Of a DNA stretch of 64,000 nucleotides, positions 55,657 to 63,847 are shown one piece after another. The notes beneath the pieces were generated by a model. That model made no database searches. It saw only the letters and a program-made list of their open reading frames with translations, and was not told where the DNA came from. The translations under genes and the position numbers were made by a program. Location: sequence record LC819005.1; one strand, 5' to 3'. How positions within the stretch are numbered: the stretch's first letter is position 1; each line of letters starts with the position of its first letter.

Positions 55657-56100
55657 ATGGCTATGAGAATTGCCTTTTGGAAAGGCACCGATCCGGGGTT
55701 CTCCGGTGTAATCGACCGCGCGGTCCGTTGGTGGACGCACGGCATTTATTCGCATTGCGAACTGATCTTCAGCGATGGCTGGACGGGTTCGGCTTCGCAG
55801 AGCGACAAGGGCGTCGTATTGCTTCAGCGCCCGACCAACTACTACGATCCCAAGGACTGGGACCTGGTGGAGATTGAAGGGGACGAAGACTACGCGCGTG
55901 CGTGGTTCAAGAAGTACCGCGGCTCCCCATACGATCTGTTGGGTGACTTTGGTTTTGTGTGGCGGCCTTTCGTGGGTCTGGATGGCGCATTCTTCTGTTC
56001 GGAGGCAATTGCCAACGCACTGAAGTGGCCCGACGCTTGGCAATACAGTCCTCGTTTGCAGGCAAGCATCGTGGCTATCCCTAAGTATGTTCCTGCCTGA
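55657..56100 (+). CDS. Permuted papain-like (NlpC/P60, YiiX-like) hydrolase
   Basis: His before Cys: YSHCEL...GSPYDLLG...FFCSE...AL...SP. Confidence 0.75.
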   Translation: MAMRIAFWKGTDPGFSGVIDRAVRWWTHGIYSHCELIFSDGWTGSASQSDKGVVLLQRPTNYYDPKDWDLVEIEGDEDYARAWFKKYRGSPYDLLGDFGFVWRPFVGLDGAFFCSEAIANALKWPDAWQYSPRLQASIVAIPKYVPA

Positions 56101-56184
56101 TAAAAAAGATGTTGAGAGCCAGGGTGGGACGCCATCCTGGCTTTTATGCCCGCGATATCTTATGTCATCCTAGGAAATCCCACC

Positions 56185-56886
56185 ATGCTTGAGGCACTTT
56201 TAACTGTAAAGAAAGCGGCCGTTGCCCCGGGAGGGTGGCCGCAAGAACAGCCGCTTCTCGGCTTTAACTACGACCGCAATGCCAGCACCGGTACGACCGC
56301 AATCACTTCTTCTCATAGTGCTGGCCAGTTGATTGTCCCTGGTGTAGCACTGCCAGGTTACACCAAGGTGCTAAACGGTAACCAGCAATCTAACTCGTTC
56401 TCTCCGTCTGCAGCAATGGGCGTGGCGGCGGGTGACTTCACGATGGAAATGCGCGTGTTGCTGAAAGGCACCTCAGGCTACGTGCATTTGTGGTGGAGTA
56501 CGAGTAGCTTGTCTACTGGGATTCGTTGTGAGGACTCGGGCTATGGCGATCGACTCGTGCTATTTGTCGATGCGAATACCCACGTCTTTAATACCACGAA
56601 GACCAAGTCCGACATGCAGGTGTGGCGACATATCGTCATGCAGCGTAAGAACGGCAACCTCCAGTTCTTCTGGGACGGCGTGCGTTCCGGTATTGCTGCG
56701 GATCGTGGTGCTACGTACACTACCGCAGATCTTCCGGCAGCAGGCAGCCTGGCTAGCTTTACGGGTTCCGGTATCGGTTATGCTGGATACGGTGCTGGTT
56801 ACTGTTGCGCAGAGTGGGCATTCTACAATCGCGCCAAATATACAACGGGTGACTTCACGCCACCGTCGGGTGCTATTGCTCCCTGA
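56185..56886 (+). CDS. LamG/ConA-like putative adhesin outside the tail module
   Basis: Start MLEALL; GDFTMEM, WRHIVMQRKNG and FTPPSG motifs. Confidence 0.75.
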   Translation: MLEALLTVKKAAVAPGGWPQEQPLLGFNYDRNASTGTTAITSSHSAGQLIVPGVALPGYTKVLNGNQQSNSFSPSAAMGVAAGDFTMEMRVLLKGTSGYVHLWWSTSSLSTGIRCEDSGYGDRLVLFVDANTHVFNTTKTKSDMQVWRHIVMQRKNGNLQFFWDGVRSGIAADRGATYTTADLPAAGSLASFTGSGIGYAGYGAGYCCAEWAFYNRAKYTTGDFTPPSGAIAP

Positions 56887-56909
56887 AACAAAAAAAGAAA
56901 GACAGTCAC

Positions 56910-56946
56910 GAGAGAGTACCCCGTGAGGGGTACTCTCTCTATGCCG
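56910..56946. terminator. Terminator between convergent genes
   Basis: GAGAGAGTACCCC/GGGGTACTCTCTC stem then TATGCCG on +. Confidence 0.75.
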
Positions 56947-56947
56947 C

Positions 56948-57463
56948 TTACTCCTTGAACTGCATCACAACGCAGGTGTTGCCATCTTGCAGGAACATGC
57001 CAATGGCCGGTTCACCCAGCTCGGCTTCCTTCGTGGCGCTGATAATCAACGGCACGTTACCGGTCGCTTCCTTGAAGGACTGCAGGATCGCTTGCAGTGC
57101 CGGCAGATATTTCATGCCAAGACCGCTTTCCTGCAACGCCACTTCCAGCTCAGTGTTGAGATGCGCATGCGGCTCGGACGAGAGCATGTGATCAAGAGCA
57201 CGTGACACCGGCATTTGGCGGCCGTCTGTGAAGCTCACTTGCGTCGCGCGAATGTGGAAGCTGACTTCTTCGTAGTCGCTATCGCCGTCGCGCTGCATGC
57301 CGTAGTCGGCGACGACCAGCTTCATGCGGCGCGTGTTGAGCAGCTCGCCTTCGGTCGCGCTGTCTTCGTGTTCTTGCTTGGCCGCGAAATTGTAGCGCGT
57401 GAGCACCGATGCTTCGCAACCGAGGATAGCTGCCAGGAGGTTCAGCGATTTTGCGTATTCCAT
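56948..57463 (-). CDS. Hypothetical protein
   Basis: 171 aa with AAGGA RBS. Confidence 0.8.
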   Translation of the reverse strand: MEYAKSLNLLAAILGCEASVLTRYNFAAKQEHEDSATEGELLNTRRMKLVVADYGMQRDGDSDYEEVSFHIRATQVSFTDGRQMPVSRALDHMLSSEPHAHLNTELEVALQESGLGMKYLPALQAILQSFKEATGNVPLIISATKEAELGEPAIGMFLQDGNTCVVMQFKE

Positions 57464-57558
57464 GATTCTCGTTTCCTTTATTTAGGATTTGTGGTTTGGT
57501 ACTTCGAAAGAACTGGCGGGTCGCACCCCGCCAGGTTACTGCTTACTACTATTACTAC

Positions 57559-58107
57559 TTACGCGACAGCCATCAGTTCGTCGATGTGCTGTTCGAAAAA
57601 GCCGATGTACGCGCTGCCGTTCAGAATGCCTTCGAGCAATTCTTCCGACACGTCGTCTTCCGTCTCAAGCGCGGTGACAGCGATCATGTCACCTTCTTCG
57701 GTGATCAACACCATCGCCAGGTACTTGCCGTTGATGCGATCCGTCGGGCAGTTCATCGTCATGAAGAAACGACGTTGCACTTGCGGGAAAGCTTCAGCGA
57801 TTGCGACAGCCCAGTCGTGGTCCAGGATGCCCAGATCGCTTTCTTCGCTCTGAGCCAACTCCATGCAGGAGAGCTTGCCCAGCATTTTCATACCGCCCTT
57901 GAGTGCGTCGATAGCGGCGTCACCCATGCCAATACCGCCGAGCGTTTCGCCACCGAACGTCGTGTGGTTCAGGATCAGCTTGTTGTCGTCTGCGCGATAG
58001 CTCGTGATCGTAGCGGCAACGTTCTCATCCGGACCATCAACTTTGCGCAGGCTCAGACCGAGTGCGTTGACGAGGGAGACGAGAACTTGGCTGGTGTTTG
58101 CGATCAT
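57559..58107 (-). CDS. Hypothetical protein, paralog of 58690..59220
   Basis: C-terminal AMVLITEEGDMIAV...LEGILNGSAY. Confidence 0.8.
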   Translation of the reverse strand: MIANTSQVLVSLVNALGLSLRKVDGPDENVAATITSYRADDNKLILNHTTFGGETLGGIGMGDAAIDALKGGMKMLGKLSCMELAQSEESDLGILDHDWAVAIAEAFPQVQRRFFMTMNCPTDRINGKYLAMVLITEEGDMIAVTALETEDDVSEELLEGILNGSAYIGFFEQHIDELMAVA

Positions 58108-58224
58108 GATTTATTTCCTGATTTAGAGTTAGGTTATTGAGCCACTTGGTTAGTATAGCTCATGTTTAGTATATGTGGTTGAAAATTATTCCATTTCAAT
58201 TGAACGCAACAAAAGAAAAAAGAA

Positions 58225-58266
58225 CGGCATAAAAGCGGAGAGGGCAATCGCCCTCTCCGTATGCCG
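58225..58266. terminator. Symmetric hairpin + TATGCCG element
   Basis: CGGAGAGGGC/GCCCTCTCCG stem with TATGCCG on both strands. Confidence 0.8.
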
Positions 58267-58268
58267 TT

Positions 58269-58682
58269 TTAGTCCTGACCCAGACCAGGGAAGAGATAGA
58301 CGCCGTGCAGTCCTATGATCTCGGCTTCGAACTGCATCGTCCGTAGCTTGCCGTGGATAGGTACGTTTTCATCCAGCATCTGCTGAAACCACTTACCCTT
58401 CGGCGTATCCAGCACCTTGAACGTCACGTAAGCCGAGACAGGATCTTCGTACGCGTCATTGATAACTGTGATCTTAGTGATACGACCCGCCACGTCATCG
58501 ACCGAGTTACTTACGAACATCGCTGGGAACTGGCCGCCGTGCTCGTACACGTAGGCGCGTCCCTGTTTGATCAGGTTCTCGAAATGGAACACCGCGACCT
58601 TATCAAGGCGCGCGCCATTGGGCTTTTTCTTGAAGACGACAGCATTGTAGGTGCCGTCTTCCAGTCGGGTTATAACGCTCAT
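58269..58682 (-). CDS. Hypothetical protein
   Basis: Probable start MSVITRLEDG with AAGGA RBS. Confidence 0.75.
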   Translation of the reverse strand: MSVITRLEDGTYNAVVFKKKPNGARLDKVAVFHFENLIKQGRAYVYEHGGQFPAMFVSNSVDDVAGRITKITVINDAYEDPVSAYVTFKVLDTPKGKWFQQMLDENVPIHGKLRTMQFEAEIIGLHGVYLFPGLGQD

Positions 58683-58689
58683 GATTCCT

Positions 58690-59220
58690 TTAGATGAAAG
58701 GGGGTTTCCAGGCTTTACCAGAGAGAATGCCGACCATGATGTCGTCCGTGACTTCACCCGCATACTCCATCTCCGAGATCGAGATGAAGTCACTCGAAGC
58801 CGTCACCACGCACATGGCTTGGATATTGGCCTTGAAGGGTTGGAAGATATCGCGGAAGGTGAAGTACACTTGGTCGATATGGTTCGGGCACGCAGCGAGC
58901 GTCTTCTTAGCCCAATCGCGTTGGGCAATCCCCAGGGTTTTATCGTCACGTTCGTAAAGCACATCCATCTGCTGCACGCTGCGCATGAACGCCATCCCTT
59001 CTCGCCAGGCATACAACACACCTGCTGCGTCTTCGAGACGGGGGTAGTGCGTGACATTCATCGTCATGCGTCGGTCTTCACCCAGCCAGAGCGTGGTGTC
59101 CGTACCGACGTAAGTCGTCACGTGCTCGGGCGGGACATAGCCGATCTCGTGTTTGATGGGATCGTAATAAAACTGCTTCATCTTGAACTGCTCGATGAGA
59201 CTCAGCGCTTCCTGGTTCAT
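58690..59220 (-). CDS. Hypothetical protein, paralog of 57559..58107
   Basis: Probable start MNQEALS; C-terminal AMCVVTASSDFISI...MVGILSGKAW. Confidence 0.75.
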   Translation of the reverse strand: MNQEALSLIEQFKMKQFYYDPIKHEIGYVPPEHVTTYVGTDTTLWLGEDRRMTMNVTHYPRLEDAAGVLYAWREGMAFMRSVQQMDVLYERDDKTLGIAQRDWAKKTLAACPNHIDQVYFTFRDIFQPFKANIQAMCVVTASSDFISISEMEYAGEVTDDIMVGILSGKAWKPPFI

Positions 59221-59230
59221 GCCCTTACCC

Positions 59231-59749
59231 TCACGTTTTGTGATTGAACTTGGTGCGATAGAACGTCTTGGTGTAGCCTTTCTCTTTGGCGTAGTCGACC
59301 CAGTCGCTGACGAGCATGACGTACGGATCGTACATACCGGCGACTTCGTGTTGCTCGACGAACTTGCAAGCTTCTGCAATCGTCTTGCAGTTCTGCAACA
59401 GGTGCGTGTAAGCGTTCGACACGTCACGCTGTGCATTGAGCAGGTGGAAGCGCTCCGACGACACAGGCATGAAGGTGATCGTGTTGTCTTCCGTCTCAGC
59501 GAACACCACCAGCACTTCCCCATCATTGCTGATGTGCAGAAAGTAGCAGGCGATCGAATCGAGCGGGAGATCGTCTTTCATGCCCTTGCGCACCCAACGA
59601 ATAAACTGGTTGCCCGAGAGCGTGATCGGCACGAACAGGCCGTACTCAGTGCCGAAGGCTTCGAACGGTTCGATGACAAGCGAGCCCGAGTCCGCACACT
59701 CCATCTTGCGGAAAGCGATCACATTCTTGTTGTAGATGATATTCACCAC
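59231..59749 (-). CDS. Hypothetical protein
   Basis: Probable GTG start after GAAGGAG. Confidence 0.7.
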   Translation of the reverse strand: MVNIIYNKNVIAFRKMECADSGSLVIEPFEAFGTEYGLFVPITLSGNQFIRWVRKGMKDDLPLDSIACYFLHISNDGEVLVVFAETEDNTITFMPVSSERFHLLNAQRDVSNAYTHLLQNCKTIAEACKFVEQHEVAGMYDPYVMLVSDWVDYAKEKGYTKTFYRTKFNHKT

Positions 59750-59751
59750 GA

Positions 59752-60654
59752 TCAGGACTCCTTCTTTTCTTCTTTGGTCTTCGGGTAGAATCCCGTGATC
59801 TCTTGCGCGACCTTGAAACACTTGCTCTCGCGCTGCTCTGGTGTCGTGAAGACGAACTGCATCGCCGGATCGAAGTGCATCTGGTGATCCTTGTAATCAC
59901 CCATCGACAAGAACGTCGCGATCAGTTCCGTGATCTTTTCGTTCGAGTTTGTTCGAGCGATTTCTTCGATGCGTTTCTTCTTCACGCTGTCCCGCATGGC
60001 CTGATCGGCCTCGTCGTAGACGGTGAACAAGAACTCGTCGTCCCCTACTGGCGGGAAGAGGTTCTGCACTTCCTTACGGACGTCGAGCGTCTCGTAGTGT
60101 GTCCCAGTCGGAGTGCCAGCATTGCGGATCGCACGGTAGATCTCGTCGTAGGGCAGGCCGTGATCCAACAGGATCGAAGCCTGCTTCTTGCTAGCGCCGA
60201 TGAACGCCGAGCTGTCGTTGTCGTAGACGTGAAACTGGCCGATGTAACAGACGAAGGTCTTCTCCAGCCCCATGGCGATCATCTGCTGATCACGATCGTC
60301 GATCTTTCTGGCAAGGCTTTGCCCCAGCAGATCCCGCAGCATCTTGCAGCGGTCACGGAACTTGAAGAAGCCGTCCAAGTCCAACACAGCGTGCTTGTAG
60401 AACTCGGTGTCGAGCACACGGTTCTCGCAGAAATAGCTCAGCGCAAACATCGTCGCGAGCAACTGCTGGTGTTCTTTGTGTGCTTGTCGAGCTTTGGTGT
60501 CGGTGAACTCGAAGCCCGAGGTGCCGTAGATGCAGTAGGGCGTCACGGTCAACTTGGTTTCGTCACGGATACCGATCAGGCCCGTGTTGTTGCCGTTCAC
60601 CACTTTACGCCGATCTGCTGTCAGCTGTCCTTTGTGCGCGATGATGGTCGTCAT
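59752..60654 (-). CDS. HslV/proteasome-beta-like Ntn hydrolase (putative)
   Basis: Start MTTIIAHKGQLTADRR gives an N-terminal Thr; later AFIGAS..QASILLDHG...TPTG resembles the AIGSG...G...TG segment. Confidence 0.55.
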   Translation of the reverse strand: MTTIIAHKGQLTADRRKVVNGNNTGLIGIRDETKLTVTPYCIYGTSGFEFTDTKARQAHKEHQQLLATMFALSYFCENRVLDTEFYKHAVLDLDGFFKFRDRCKMLRDLLGQSLARKIDDRDQQMIAMGLEKTFVCYIGQFHVYDNDSSAFIGASKKQASILLDHGLPYDEIYRAIRNAGTPTGTHYETLDVRKEVQNLFPPVGDDEFLFTVYDEADQAMRDSVKKKRIEEIARTNSNEKITELIATFLSMGDYKDHQMHFDPAMQFVFTTPEQRESKCFKVAQEITGFYPKTKEEKKES

Positions 60655-60740
60655 GTTTTTTATCGTACGAAAAAGAAAAACAGGCATAGAACCCGGAGAA
60701 GCCGAAGCCTCTCCGGGAACGTTACTTTGTCGACGTGTTC

Positions 60741-61037
60741 TTAGAACACTTGCTTCTCGGCCCAGCTGCTGCAGCCTTGACGCGCGGCCGGAGCCGCTTG
60801 CTTCTCGGCGGCCTTCGTGGCGGCCGGCTGTTCAGCTGCGAGCACTTGCGTGTACGATTCTTCGCCGGTGATCGTGAGGTCGTAGACGCCCGGCGCGACC
60901 GTGTCCTGGTCAGCCGGCAGCGCCAGCTTCAGGTTCGTGGTGCCGTCGGAGAAAGTGGCGTTCTTTTCCTTGTAGGTTGCGGTGATCTTCGAACCAACGC
61001 CGAAAACAGCGGCCAACTTCTTTGCGAGTGCGGACAT
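60741..61037 (-). CDS. Small Ala/Lys-rich hypothetical protein
   Basis: Probable start MSALAKKL with AAGGA RBS. Confidence 0.7.
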   Translation of the reverse strand: MSALAKKLAAVFGVGSKITATYKEKNATFSDGTTNLKLALPADQDTVAPGVYDLTITGEESYTQVLAAEQPAATKAAEKQAAPAARQGCSSWAEKQVF

Positions 61038-61121
61038 GTTACTTCTTCCTTCTGGATGGTTGAGTAAGAGAAACAGGAGCACCGGGTAGTGCTCATGGAA
61101 TGGTACTGCGAGGTAAATTTG

Positions 61122-61310
61122 CTACTGAGTGCGCGTGGGCGGAATCGGCGCGCTCGGCGGAGTATCAATCTCCGCACGCACCGCATCCATATCGTTTCGC
61201 AGCTTGATGATGCGTTCACGCAACTCGCCATTGTACCAGTCGTTATACATCGGATTGGCGAGATAGTCATCAATGCTGCAAACCGCATCGCTGAGAACGT
61301 CAGAGATCAT
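61122..61310 (-). CDS. Small hypothetical protein
   Basis: 62 aa; GGAG RBS; upstream CATATCAC. Confidence 0.7.
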   Translation of the reverse strand: MISDVLSDAVCSIDDYLANPMYNDWYNGELRERIIKLRNDMDAVRAEIDTPPSAPIPPTRTQ

Positions 61311-61326
61311 ACGCTACTCCAAGTTA

Positions 61327-61334
61327 GTGATATG
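61327..61334 (-). promoter_or_regulatory. Putative early promoter (CATATCAC)
   Basis: Recurrent motif variant just upstream of the 61310 start. Confidence 0.5.
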
Positions 61335-61344
61335 TGGCCAAAGC

Positions 61345-62088
61345 TCAGTTGGCTTGAGCGCCTTGCAGATGATGCCGTTTTGCTGCCTGAGTGATGGCGC
61401 CCGTGTTGAGCGTTTTCACCAAAGCCGAGCCCGAGGACTTGTCGCGCGACAGACTGATTTTTAGATCCACGCGATTGACGATATCAAAGTGCTCTGCCGC
61501 CCGAGCACGCACTGATGCGGCAAATGCCTCGACATCCTCACGTACCGACTGACGCACGTTAGGACGGCTTGCCCCGGCCAAGTCATCGTTGGATACCAAC
61601 GCATCGATGCGAACCTGCAGGCGACGCCATACGTCGGCCTGAGACACATTCTGGGCGACCGAAATGAAGTACGACATGCCCGACGTCTTGTGCCTGTACT
61701 CGAACACGTCAGCATTCTCGCTGGCGATGCGATAACCCTTGTGCGCAGCATCCACTTCCTTGTAGCCGGTCTTGATGAACGGCTTGTTGCTCGGGTCCGA
61801 GATATAGAACACCGGCACCCAGTAGGCTTTGGGTGCCTGCAACGCGGCCTGTTGAACCGCAGCCGCGACGGTGGAGCGACGCGTGCCATTCTTGCCCGCG
61901 TCGAAGATATAAAGGAAGTTGCGCCAGTAGCCGTGCGCATCCTTCGAGTGCTTCTTGATGAAGCGTTTGTTCTTGGTGTCGAGCAGCACAACCCAGCCAG
62001 CGGCGTTGTTCGTCAGTTGGAACTCAGCCGCTGTTTTACCACCATACGCGAACGCCAACACACGTTCCAGTTGTGTTTCCAGTTTCAT
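61345..62088 (-). CDS. Hypothetical protein
   Basis: 247 aa with AAGGAAG RBS. Confidence 0.8.
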   Translation of the reverse strand: MKLETQLERVLAFAYGGKTAAEFQLTNNAAGWVVLLDTKNKRFIKKHSKDAHGYWRNFLYIFDAGKNGTRRSTVAAAVQQAALQAPKAYWVPVFYISDPSNKPFIKTGYKEVDAAHKGYRIASENADVFEYRHKTSGMSYFISVAQNVSQADVWRRLQVRIDALVSNDDLAGASRPNVRQSVREDVEAFAASVRARAAEHFDIVNRVDLKISLSRDKSSGSALVKTLNTGAITQAAKRHHLQGAQAN

Positions 62089-62197
62089 GTCGTGTCTCTT
62101 CCTTTTTCGTTAAAACTGATGACGGTGGTGAAACGCCATCATAAAAGGCTACTGAGTAGAAACCTACTCAGTAGCCCAGTTCTGCTATTTGTGCCGC

Positions 62198-62527
62198 TTA
62201 GCGTTCGAGCACGTCGATGCTGTCCGCGTCGTCGTCTTCGTCTTCGCTCGTGTCGGGGAACTCGTCGTCACCCGGCACGTCCACACCAGCGAGCGCCGGT
62301 GCTTCTTCGAAGGTGCTGACATCGATCATGACTTCCGACTGGAAAATCGCCGGGTTGATCGTGCGCATTGCTTCGACCACTTCTTCCTCGCGATCCAGGT
62401 GCGTCGGATGCGAGTTGTTGGTGACGTCATCGAAACCATGCGTGTTGAAAGTTGCTGCCACCAGCCGCGCTGCGAGATCACCGTCCGATTGATCGTCGGC
62501 GGTAATGTCGATCGAGATGCGACCCAT
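62198..62527 (-). CDS. Acidic hypothetical protein, paralog of 41615..41932
   Basis: GFDDV...PTH...AMRTINPAIF motif; acidic tail. Confidence 0.8.
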   Translation of the reverse strand: MGRISIDITADDQSDGDLAARLVAATFNTHGFDDVTNNSHPTHLDREEEVVEAMRTINPAIFQSEVMIDVSTFEEAPALAGVDVPGDDEFPDTSEDEDDDADSIDVLER

Positions 62528-62601
62528 GATGATACTCCCGTTGGTTGGTTGATTACAGGTTAGTGTCCCGGCTTTTTAGATACCGGGTAGAGAGAACCAG
62601 G

Positions 62602-63123
62602 TTACGCCTGGCGCGCCAAAGGAGGGAATTCGAGACACCATACGGCAACAGAAGGTTGCGTCTCGTCTCCCGCAAAGAGTTGCTTGACCGCTGTCAGCTT
62701 GTGAGGCGGTAGTTCGGGTTCCATCACACACAGGCTGTCAACCGGCGTCGCAACGCCAATCTTCGAGACGTATGCAAAGGTTGCCTTGTGGGCGGCTTCT
62801 TCCAGCAAAGCTTTACCACCAATCACGAAGAGATGCGTGAGGCCCTGAATGGCCAGAGCATCATCCAGACTACCCAAGACTTCAGCGCCGTCTGCCAGAT
62901 ACGCCGGGTTACGTGAGATCACGATATTGCGGCGTCCCGGTAAAGGACGGGCTACGGTTGGTAGCGACTCCCAGGTCTTGCGACCCATCACCACGACACT
63001 GCCCATGGTGAGGTCCTTGAAGAAGGCGAAGTCTCGCGACGAGCGCCAGGGAATCGTACCGTTACGACCAATCACACCGTTCTGGTCGGTTGCGTAAATG
63101 AGATAAACCTTGGGCGTGCTCAT
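62602..63123 (-). CDS. folA: Dihydrofolate reductase
   Basis: IYATDQNGVIG.NGTIPW, DFAFFKDLT, VVMGRKTWESL, PLPGRRNIVISR and VIGG motifs. Confidence 0.97.
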   Translation of the reverse strand: MSTPKVYLIYATDQNGVIGRNGTIPWRSSRDFAFFKDLTMGSVVVMGRKTWESLPTVARPLPGRRNIVISRNPAYLADGAEVLGSLDDALAIQGLTHLFVIGGKALLEEAAHKATFAYVSKIGVATPVDSLCVMEPELPPHKLTAVKQLFAGDETQPSVAVWCLEFPPLARQA

Positions 63124-63824
63124 GCTGAGGGACGCTCCGAGTTACTGACACTCGCGGCCATCGAAGGGAACACGACTTTTTCCACAGCGGTACGGTCTGT
63201 CACATGATACCCGACGAGCCTTTCGCCGTTGACGATCAACCCGCTTTGCAGCAATGCCTTGGCGGGGAAGTTCGTGTGGAAGATGTTGACCAGATCTTGC
63301 GCTCGTTTGTTCAACACCAACTGCATGGCGTTGGTGAACACGCGCCCCTCGGTGGTATTGCCGCTCTGGTAGAGACTTGCCAGCACGTGACACAACTCCA
63401 CCGCTCGACGACGCACGCCGGGCGTGCCGGTGCTCAAGTTGGTGAAGTAGTAATCGGCGTCCGTGTTCTTGTCACTGCGGCCGGTATGCTTCGGATACTG
63501 GTTGAGCCAGAACTCGTGCTTCTCGGCGTCTTCAGCAACGAAGCCATGAAAGCGGGGCTGCTTGTCCGGCAAGTCGTGTTCGTTATGGACCAGGTAATGG
63601 CCCTTCACTTCGACCTCGGTCAGCTGCATATCGCGTAGCACCAGATCCGAGCCGTGCTCGGTGCCGTAGTAGGCGCTGTGTGAGAACAGCGTGCGCTCGC
63701 CTACAGAGGTGCTGGTGTAATGGAACGTGACGAGATACAGCTTGTCACCGACCTTAAAGCGTGCGTTGGCCGCTTGTGAAGCTGCCTCGTCAAGCTGTGG
63801 CGTTGGGCCATTGAGTTTCATCAT
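63120..63824 (-). CDS. Hypothetical protein
   Basis: 234 aa; ATGA-coupled to folA. Confidence 0.8.
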   Translation of the reverse strand: MMKLNGPTPQLDEAASQAANARFKVGDKLYLVTFHYTSTSVGERTLFSHSAYYGTEHGSDLVLRDMQLTEVEVKGHYLVHNEHDLPDKQPRFHGFVAEDAEKHEFWLNQYPKHTGRSDKNTDADYYFTNLSTGTPGVRRRAVELCHVLASLYQSGNTTEGRVFTNAMQLVLNKRAQDLVNIFHTNFPAKALLQSGLIVNGERLVGYHVTDRTAVEKVVFPSMAASVSNSERPSA

Positions 63825-63847
63825 TTCTTCCTTTAATGGCGACTTGG

